64,000 nt of DNA. It comes from Malacoraja senta. Taxonomy: Eukaryota. Shown piece after piece: positions 51,668 through 64,000 of this stretch (the first letter of the stretch is position 1; every line of letters starts with the position of its first letter). Where the stretch lies: NCBI GenBank assembly GCA_038087875.1, contig CM075989.1, positions 2,542,001 through 2,606,000 on the forward strand. The letters run 5' to 3'. Both the position numbers and the translations under genes were made by a program. Under the pieces are notes generated by a model that was not told the DNA's origin, did not search any database, and saw only the letters and a list, made by a program, of their open reading frames with translations.

Positions 51668-52221
51668 TGGGCCTGTCCCACTTAGACGATTTTTTTCGGC
51701 GACTGTCATAGTCGTAGCAGGTCACCGAAAAACTAGCGACTGGACCCCCCTAACGACAATGTCTCCGACAATGTCTACAACAACCTACCGCCTAGTCGAC
51801 ATCAAGCTACCGACAACTGGCGACCATTAATATGTTCACCTATGACCACACCTACGACAACTTATGTCCACCCGCGCGCGACAAGCTACGACAAGGTACG
51901 ACCCTGTCGGCGACAACTGAAGACAACTTAAGACAATTCAGTCGCCGGTACCAGTCGGCGGTTGACGTAGCACCCGGCGACAACCTACGTCATCCTGGCG
52001 ACAACCTACGACAGCACCTACGTCAGGCTACGATCGTTGGAGTCAAGGGGCGCCGACTGTCTCCGAAAAGTTTTGAACATTTCAAAATCCAGCGGCGACC
52101 AGAAAAAAGGGTTGACTCTTTGGGCGACTGAGAAGACCATCCAGGCGACATCTGGAGACCATGCGGCAACAGCCGAGTCACCTGTAGTCGCCTAAAAAAT
52201 CACCTAAGTGGGACAGGGACA
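51668..52221. mobile_element. PIF/Harbinger-type MITE
   Basis: GGGCCTGTCCCACTTAGACGATTTTTT...AAAAAATCACCTAAGTGGGACAGG; TAA at 51665-67 and 52222-24; CGACAA-rich interior. Confidence 0.9.
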
Positions 52222-53499
52222 TAAGAAAATGTCACTAGACTCTCTGGCAAATGGCACAGCACGTATGGCATCAGCAGCACAAGCATTCATCTGCCACAAA
52301 CAATAATCTTAAAGATGGTTCTGAGAAAACCAGTATCATCTTGGTACCAGTTATACTGGAATTAATTAAATCTCTGATCAGGCAATGAACCCAAGAGGAA
52401 ATATTATGGCAATTCAGAATGAGTTCATTGGGAATTTAAGTTTTTTTTTAAATCTATCGAGGTGACTAAATCCTAATATTTTCTTTTACATGACGTTCAA
52501 CTCTAATTAGATGGCATATCATGAAAGGGATGTAAGTAGACCATTTGGATCTCAGCACTTCATGGGGAACAATGATAATTGTGACTGATTGCCCAGGGTG
52601 CTACAAGAGCAGATAGTGCCATTAACTTTATTTAAAAAAAGACTGAATCAGAGTCATGTGGCCCATCATATCGATGCTGACAGACAAGGCAACTCCGCCA
52701 ATCTCATTGTGTAGGAAGGAACAGCAGAAGCTGGTTTAAACCGAAGTTAGACACAAAATGCTGGAGTAACTCAGCGGGACAAGCAGCATCTCTGGAGCGA
52801 AGGAATAGGTGACTTTCCGGGTCTGAAGAAGGTTTTCGACCCGAAACGTCACACGTCCCTCCTCTCCAGAGATGTTGCCTGTCCCGCAGAGTTACTCCAG
52901 CTTTTTGTGTCTATCTTCCATCTATTTCATTCCTCTCTCTGTTCCTCCCCCAGCCCCTACACCCATCCATCAATAAATTATTTCCTCATGTCTATGCAAT
53001 ATTTTTTTAAAGGAGTTGAAAGGTTCAAAGGTATTTTATTGTCACGTGTACCAATTAAGGTACAGTGAAACTCGATTTACCAAAGTGGATTCGGCTTCTG
53101 ACTCCAACACACATTGGGCAGTGAGTTTGGATCATAACCATTGTTTGGGAGAAAGGCTTCTCTTCACAACCCCTTGTATCTCAGGTCCAAAATGTTACGT
53201 CTGTGTTCTAACTGGATAGAATTGATCGATTGAAAGATACAGCATGGAAACAGGCCCTTTGGCCCATCGAGAGCGCACCACCTGTTCACACTAGTTCTAT
53301 GTTATCCCACAGTCGCATCCACTCCCAACATACTCGGGGCATTTCACAGAAGCCAATTAACCTACAAGGCCACACGTCTTTGAGATGTGGGAGGAACCTG
53401 GAGCACCTGGGTCTCTGGAACTATTAGGTTCAATATACAGAGAGAAGCAGAGTAAAGGCACAGAGCAAACCAGTAGGTGATGCTGGCCGTGAAAACCGT

Positions 53500-53900
53500 T
53501 CAATTGTTGGACTTTGCGGTCTGAATGAGAGTTCAAGTTCCCATCCAGAGATGTGAGCACCACAGTCCCAGTCCCAGAACACAGGCACTTGCACTGTTGG
53601 AGATTCTGCTTTTCGAGTAAAATATTAAACTGAGTCCCCTCCTCATGTCCTTCTGATGTATAATATTACAGGTATATTAGCTATGTACCTGTACCTGTAT
53701 ATAACTGGACATATACAGGTATATAACTGTCTGGGCCCTCTCAGTTGCATATAAAAGATCCCATTACACTCTTTCAAGGAAGAACAGGGGTCACCATTGA
53801 TATCATAGTCAAGTTACACCTCAATCCACCCCACTAAAACGGATTAACTGGTGACCATCACAGTGCTCCTCATGCTAGCTTGCTATATACAAATTGATTG
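53500..53900 (+). mobile_element. DeuSINE (SacSINE1-like), old
   Basis: TGCACTGTTGGGAG, TTAAACTGAGTCCC, TAAAAGATCCCAT, GAAGAACAGGGG and CACTAAAACGGATTAACTGGT follow the Deu-domain consensus as I recall it. Confidence 0.75.
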
Positions 53901-54724
53901 ATTAGTATGTAGCATGGAAGCAGGCACTTCATCCTGCTGAGTCTATGTTCACACTAGTTCTACCTTATCACACTTTCCATCCACTCCCTACATACTAGGA
54001 GAAATTGACAGAAGCCAATTAACCTACAAACCCGCACGTCTTTGGTATGTAGGTGCAAATGGAGGGAACCCAAGGGAGAACACAGGGAGAACATGCAGAC
54101 TCCACACAGACAGCACCCGAGGACAGGATTGAACCTGGGTCTCTGGTGCTGTGAGGCAGCAGTTGTGTTACCATGATCCCCACAACACAACAATAACGAT
54201 ACTTCCAAAGTGCATATTTGGGGGCGGCACGGTGGGTCAGTGGTAGGGTTGCTGCCTTACAGCGCCAGAGACCTGGGTTCCATCCTGACTATGGGTGTTG
54301 TCTGTACGGAGTTTGCATGTTCTCCCCATGACCAGTGTGGATTCTCTCCAGAATCTCCTGTTTCCTCCCACACTCCTAAGACGTTCATTGGCTTAATTGT
54401 AAATTGTCCCGAGTGTGTAGAGGATAGTGAGGTGATCGCTGGTCGGTACAGACTCGGTGGACCGAAGGGCCAGTCTCCACGTTGCATCTCTAAACTAAAC
54501 TACATTTGTTGGCCAGTTCTTTGGAATGAGTTGTGAAAGGCACCAGATAATTGCATAGCTTCCTTTTATATTGTTCATGAATCCTCATCCTGTGCATCTC
54601 CTTGGTACGACGATGGAACTAGGTTGAGAACGGGCAGCTAAGAACGAAACAGTTACAAACTTGGCAGGGAGTGAAGAGGATTCAGGAGCACTGACACTGT
54701 CAGAAGCACAGACAATTCAGGAGC

Positions 54725-54927
54725 ATCAGTCACTGAAAGTAAGCGTGCAGGTACAGCAGGCAGTGAAGAAAGCCAATGGCATGTTGGCCTTCATAACAAG
54801 AGGAGTTGAGTATAGGAGCAAAGAGGTCCTTCTGCAATTGTACAGTGCCCTAGAGAGACGACACCTGGAGTATTGTGTGCAGTTTTGGTCTCCAAATTTG
54901 AGGAAGGACATTCTTGCTATTGAGGGT
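54725..54927 (+). mobile_element. CR1 ORF2 internal fragment
   Basis: VKKANGMLAFI, RHLEYCVQFWSP. Confidence 0.88.
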
Positions 54928-55122
54928 AGAGAAAAGTGCTGGAGAAACTCATCGGGTGCAGCAGCATCTATGGAGCGAAGGAAATAGGCAACGTTTCGGC
55001 CCGAAATCTTTCGGCCCGAATCGTTGCCAAACCTTTCGGCCCGAAATGCCCGCTAAACTTTATTAAACATTGTCTGGCTTCTTAAATGTCTCTCCAATCC
55101 TTCTCCCTCCCTCCCTCTCTCT

Positions 55123-57565
<2,443 letters not shown>

Positions 57566-60500
57566 TAATTCTGCTCCTATCACTTATGACCTGCTTCCTG
57601 CCTGGGCAGCGATTGTCGCAGCTCTTTCACTTGCTGACCCTGAGGTCTGTTACTACCAGGCACTATACCTGGCAAGCTGAAAGTGCAGCCCTTAGGACAA
57701 GTGACACTTGCACAGAGAGAGGCAAGAGGTGAGGCTATTTCACACGGCAATCATCTCTGATCAAACCTGTGTCCGTGTGAGTCAACTAGGGTCAGACAAA
57801 CTCGTGAATAAGGGAGCAGGCGCGCAAAGGCTCTCTGCTCCATTTAACCTGCCCAACATGGTTCAAATAGCTAGAGAAGTGCATGCCCCACTCCACTCAA
57901 AACCATCTAATCTCTGGGAAGGAAAGAAAGAACAAACATTCTCCGAAACAATGTGGGAGGAAAATACTCATTCCAAACCCATTACGCACTTGAATCTAAT
58001 TCAGGAGATAATACTAGCCTTGATAATTCCTTTAACTATCACCTTCAATAACATTAATAATAGCTACTGCTGGTCTCACTAATTGAACAAACACTTTATG
58101 AATGGGTCCTTGTTTTAATATTTATTCCAGTAATTCTAAATTGGAAATTCCACTGGACTCCAGGGTAAAATTCCAATAATCTAACCATCCCATTTGTTCC
58201 TAATCCAACACACCAGTATTCCCACTTGAAGTGTGCATCAGTCAAAATTCAATCAGATAGAAAATAGAATGAGGCTGAGTTAGAGAGAAGGCAGGAATTT
58301 TAAGCAGGGAGCATTGTGAGAGGTTTGGTACATTTGGTAAGATAGCAAGTGTCGTCTTTTTTAGCTGGAAGGGTGCATGGGGGAGGTAGACTTTGTCTAA
58401 AAGCATGAGTCATCCTGTGGTTGCCTGTGGCGAACTGAATCTATGCAGAGTGAGCACTTGACAAGGATTCAGGCTGCATTATCAAACCTCAAAAGGTATA
58501 CACAGAAGTCCAAGTGCTTCATCTGAGTCATCAACATAAACACAAAGTGCTGGAGCAACTCAGCGGGTCAGGCAGCATCTCTGGAGAAAAAGGATGGGTG
58601 GCGTTTTGTGTCTGAAGAAGGGTCTGGGCATGGCCAGGGCAGCTCAGTGGTGCAGCAGTAGAGTTGCTGCCTTACAGCACCAGAGTCCCGGGTTCGATCC
58701 TGACTACGGGTGCTGTCCGTACGGAGTTTGTACATTCTCCCCGTGACCTACATGGGTTTTCTCCGGATGCTCCGGTTTCCTCCCACACTCGAAAGATGTA
58801 CAGGTTTGTAGGTTGATCGGCTTGGTATAATTGTAAATTGTCCCTAGTGTGTGTAGGATAGAGTCAATGTACGGGGATCACTGGTCGGCACGGACTCGGT
58901 GGGCCGAAGGGCCTGCTTCCATGCTGTAATTCTAAACTAAACTAAACTAAACTAAACTAAAAGATGTTGCCTGTCCTGCTGAGTTACTCCAGCTGAGTCA
59001 CATTCATGCAGCACGGAAACAGGCCCTTCGGCCCAACTTGCCTACACCCACCAGGATGCCCCATCTACACTAGTCCTGTCGAGGCGCAGTGATACTGTTG
59101 CTGCCTTACAGCGCTTACAGTGCCGGAGACCCGGGTTCGATCCTAACTATGGGGGCTGTGTGAACGGAGTTTGCACGTTCTCCCTGTGACCGCGTGGGTT
59201 ATCTCCGAGGTCTTCAGTTTCCTCCCACGGTGCTGGCTCGATGGGCCGAATGGCCTCCTCCTGCACCTATTTTCTACTACAAAGACATACAGGTGTGTAG
59301 GTTACTTGGCTTGGTATAAATTTAAATTGTCCCTAGTGTGTGTGGGATAGTGTTAATGTGCGGGGATTGCTGGTCGGTGTGGACTCAGTGGGCCGAATGG
59401 CCTGTTTCCGCGTTGTATCTCTAAACTATTTAATGTGGAGATAGATACATTATTGAGAGGTTTGGGGATTGAGGGTGACGGAGACCAGGGGGAGAGGAGG
59501 ATGTGGACTGTGTCTTTGCACTAGAGACTTCGCCTTTTGCACCATTCTAGTTACCAGATATTATGGTTATGACTCTATTGCATTTTTGATTATTATATAT
59601 GTGTGTAATTGTGTTTACAGGCTTGATAAGCTGCAGCAAGTAACAAATGGCATTATTCCATTGTTGGTGTTGCCTGATTCTTGACTGAAGTAAATCAGCC
59701 ATGATCATAGTGAATATAGGGCAGGACTCCATTAGATATTTCTTGATTAGAATGGGTGTCAAGGGTTATGGGGAGAACGCAGGAAGATGGGATTAGAAGG
59801 CAGAGATCAGCCATGATTGAATGGGCCGATAGTAGGCTCAATGGGCCGAATGACCTAATTCTACTCCTATAACTTGTGAACTGGTGACTCGAGGGGGCAA
59901 GTGGGCCTCTCCTATTATTTCCTTGGTTCTTGTGTGGACTCAGAGCCACATCGTTGCAGATCAGGCAAAGGGGAAACAGAATCCATCAGCATCATTGGAT
60001 TATCTCCCACATTGCCCCCCACTTTCCCCTCACTCTGATCCATGAGGGAAACGTCATCCCGGGAGCTACTCCCATGAGAGGATGGGAGGGGAAGGACGAG
60101 GATGGAGAACGAGTGACAGCCTAGTGTTACATATAGTTCACAGGAATAACACATTATAAATGTTAAACAGAGGCACAGACAAAGGGAAGCAAATATGCTG
60201 ACAGTGAGTAAGCATTGTGAAGGTGGCTGTGGGGGCGTTTAGTCTGTTTTTAAAAACACATATGGATTTTTTTCTCCACCAAAGACATGCATCGGTATTA
60301 CGGCATGATAGTTAATATTCCGTTGCCAATCAACTGAGCTGAGCAACAGCTCAACGAGTGTCACACCAACGCCCCCGACAATGCATCGTGCTGTGCCTGA
60401 AGGTATCTGTTGCTATATAACCCACTTCCACCCTATCCCAGGGCATCCGTGGCTTCCAGAGTCATCTCAAGCCCCATCAATGGAAGAAGCACCAGGCTTC

Positions 60501-60580
60501 AATATTCACACTGTGATAACAACCCTGATTATAGCCCCGTATGGGCGGCACGGTGGCGCAGCGGTAGAGTTGCTGCCTTA

Positions 60581-60876
60581 AGGGCCTGTCCCACTGTACG
60601 AGGTAATTCAAGAGTTCTCCCGAGTTTCCCCTGATTTGAACTCAGAGAATTACGGTAATAGCCGTTCGTAGCTACTCGGGGCTCTCGTGGACATTTTTCA
60701 CACTGTTGAAAAAACGTCACAAGCTTACCGCGTTTCCCGAGTACCTGCCGTTAGCGTTACGAGCCGCTAATAGACGTCCCGAGCTCCAACGTACATTCTT
60801 TGTACTTACCACAAGTTTGATTTTTTTTTTTACTCGGGAGAGCTCTTGGGTAAACACGTATAGTGGGACAGGCCCT
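60581..60876. mobile_element. PIF/Harbinger-type MITE inside an HE1 SINE head
   Basis: AGGGCCTGTCCCACT...AGTGGGACAGGCCCT; TTA at 60578-80 and 60877-79; the SINE resumes with CAGTGCCAG. Confidence 0.92.
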
Positions 60877-62729
60877 TTACAGTGCCAGGTTCCATCCTGA
60901 CTACACGTTCTGCCTGTATGAAGTTTGTACATTCTGCCCCGACCTGTGTGGGTTTTCTCCGGTTTCTCTGCTTTCCTCCCACACTCCAAAGACGTACAGG
61001 TTTGTAGGAAGGTTGGCTTTGGTTATAAAAATTGTGCATTGTCCCTAATGTGAAGGATGGTGCTCCCTATACACAATATAGAGTCATAGAGTGATACAGT
61101 GTGGAAACAGGCCCTTCGGCCCAACTTGCCCACACCGGCCAACAATGTCCCAGCTACTCTAGTTCCACTTGCCTACGCTTGGTCCATATCCCTCCAAATC
61201 TGTCCTATCCATGTACCTGTCCAACTGTCTCTTAAACAATGGGATTAGCCCCACCACCCTTTGTGTGAAAAAGTTACCCCTCGGATCCCAATTAAATCTT
61301 TTCCCCTTCACCTTGAACCTATGTCCTCTGGCCCTTGATTCCCCTACTCTGGGCAAAACTACTATTGCTCTCATGATTTTGTATACCTCTATAAGATTCC
61401 CCCCTCATAGGTGGGTCGAAGGGCCAGTTTCCACACTGTTTCTCTAAACTAATCTAAACTAAACTAGTCGGTTGAATCAGCCCGTACAGCTGCTACACTG
61501 GTCAATGAGATCATGGCTGATCTGACCTCTGCCTCAGCTGCACTGCCCTGTCTGTTCCCCAGAGTCTTTAACCCTCCCTGCACTCTTAACGTCGATCTGA
61601 AAATGAGCTTGATTATTAGATCATCAATAACGGGCAAGTGATGGCATTTGAGGAACATCGCTGCGTAATGCCTCACACCCTTTACTGCACCAATTTTAGA
61701 ATTACCTGGTCACTTCTTATAGATTGATTGATGGCGCACACAGTGGACACGATTTGACTTTGATGGGGAAGGGGAAACAAATGTGGGAGTATCAGCCAGT
61801 GAGATCGCTCACCTTCACACACTGAGCCCATTTGTAATCACCCCTGAGAGTTTGTTCGATGGAACTCAGTGTGTGGGGGAAAGGCAACCAGAAATCATCG
61901 GACAGAGAACAACACGGCACAGGAACAGGCCCTTCAGCCCACAATGTCCATGCTCAACATGATGCTATGGGCAACACAATGGCTCAGCTGCTGCCTCACT
62001 GCGCCAGTGACCCGGCTTCGATCCTGACCTTGGGTGCTGTCTGTGTGGAGTTTGCTTGGTCACAACGTGAACATGCAAACTCCACACAAACAGCACCCAA
62101 GATCCGAATAGGACACGGGTCACTGGTGCTGTGAGGCAGCAGTTCTGTTACCATGCTCGCACGTTCTCCCTGTGACCGCATGAGTTTCCTCCGGGTGCTC
62201 CGGTTTCCCTCCACATCCCCAAAAAGTGTGGGTTTGTGGGTTAATTGGCTTCTGTAAATTGCCCCTTGTGTCTAGGGTGTGGATGAGCAGTGGAATAACA
62301 TAGAACTAATGTGAACGGGTTTTCGATGGTCAGCATAATCTCGGTGGGCCAAAGGCCTGATTCCATTCTGTATCTCCAAAAAAAATAAGATAAACTAATC
62401 TCATCTGCCTGGACATGATCCCTCCATTCCTTAAACATTCCTTGTACCCTAGACAGGTACATGGATTGAACAGGTTTAAGGGGATATGGACCAAATACAG
62501 GCTGGTGGGAATAGTGTAGATGGGACATGTTGGCTGGTGTGGGCAAGTTGGGCCGAAGGGCGTGTTTATCTACAGGTGACTACAGTGAAGTGGTGGCCAA
62601 AGGCAAATTTTCCCCCTTGGGCTCCATGGCCTACCTATTCCTCGAAGCAGAGGCCTTTGTCATATTCCTGCAGGTTCCATTGCATGGTTGAACAGTTCCA
62701 TCCCCACACACTAGTTGTTCATTGCTTAG

Positions 62730-63100
62730 AGAGTTATAGAGTGATACGGTGTGGAAACAGGCCCTACGACCCAACAATGTCCCAGCTACTCGAGTCATAG
62801 AGTGATACAGTGTGGAAACAGGCCCTGCAGCCCAACTTGCCCACATCGGCCAACATATCCCATCTACACTAGTCCCACCTGCCCCCATTTGGTCCATATC
62901 CCTCCAAACCTGTCCTATCCATGTACCTGTCTAACTGTTTCTTAAACATTGGGATAGTCCCAGCCTCAACTACCTCCTCTGGAAACTTGTCCAAACACCC
63001 ACCACCCTTTGTGTGAAAAAGTTACCCCTCAGATTCCTACTAAATCTTTTCCCCTTCACCTTAAACTTATGTCCTCTGGTCCTCGGTTCCCCTACTCTGA
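62730..63100 (-). mobile_element. CR1 3' fragment with a duplicated tail (similar fragments at 43262-43450 and 61080-61405)
   Basis: TAGAGTGATAC(G/A)GTGTGGAAACAGGCCCT occurs twice; body matches the other CR1 3' ends. Confidence 0.85.
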
Positions 63101-63881
63101 ATCACCTACTATAAATCCTCGCTGCTTACTGCCTTCCTCCTCCAACCATTCACTGTCGAACTGTCCCTCCAAAACCTTCCCTTCCCCCAAGCCTCAATGA
63201 ACTTTTATAACCACAGTGGAAGAGCATTCACCAAAAATGAAACAAAGGCATTCTTCTCGTGTGGGAAAGGGTTAATTCCTTCTAGTTCACCCCAATGAAT
63301 CAGAGGCAGTTAGCAATGAGTTGGATATTTATCCAGCAGAAAGACTTGTATCCCATTTACATTCCAAAATGGTAAAATGCAAATAGCAAACACTTAAGAT
63401 AGCGGAACAGTTATGCATAGCTGTCATACCACCCTCTGCTCGAGTAAGTCCTGAAAATTCTACAGGGACTCACTCAGGGCAAGGGAGTATTTTGCAACCT
63501 TCAATGATGCTATCGTGTCGAGAGGCCATTATCTGCAAAAAAAGCCTCTTACCAAACCTTTTTCCTCTTTATAAACACATTATATTATTTACATCATCAC
63601 ATCTTTTGTACACAGTGACAGGATTAAAATTACACAGCTAATGTTTCTCCTGCATTTGCCGAACAATTTGTCCGGGATATAGTGCTCCTTTAATGGGTAC
63701 TGCTTTGATTTTGTTTTTGTTTTTGCGGGAGATAATAGCAACATTCTACAGCAACAATATAATTAACGAGCTGCAAGCGAGACAACCTGGAAACAAATTA
63801 ATGTTTGCAATATTAGTAAACTGGAGGTGGGACCAGCAGGGAAATAGAGATGAAAGTGAGAGGAAAGAGAGTAAAGCAGAT

Positions 63882-63916
<35 letters not shown>

Positions 63917-64000
63917 GAATGCGAGAATGAGAGAGAGAAAGAATGAAAGAGGAAAAGTGAAATAGAGAGAGAGGGAAAGGGAGGTGAGAGAACCAAAGTA

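Overview
Eukaryotic, repeat-saturated DNA, almost certainly from a cartilaginous fish (skate, ray or shark). This is inferred from about 27 HE1-type V-SINEs, their partner CR1/HER1 LINEs and SacSINE1-like DeuSINEs. I find no convincing host protein-coding gene, so the window looks like a large intron or gene desert. The ORFs I can identify come from transposons or simple repeats. Mobile content: CR1, Rex1/Babar, L1 and L2 LINE fragments; Penelope-like (GIY-YIG) elements with about 20 short terminal-repeat copies carrying a minimal hammerhead-ribozyme motif, many arranged as TSD-flanked hairpins; a 1.36 kb Gypsy LTR element whose gag-protease segment is inverted relative to its LTRs, PBS and PPT; eight PIF/Harbinger-type MITEs; a hAT-like element; a non-autonomous Helitron; a foldback element with an apparent 9-bp TSD; and a 1.04 kb TIR element with a 7-bp TSD. 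There is also a 1.85 kb structured (CA)n array inside inverted repeats, a G-quadruplex tract, and AT-rich unique islands that may be conserved enhancers. Family names come from my recall of consensus motifs, not from database searches.
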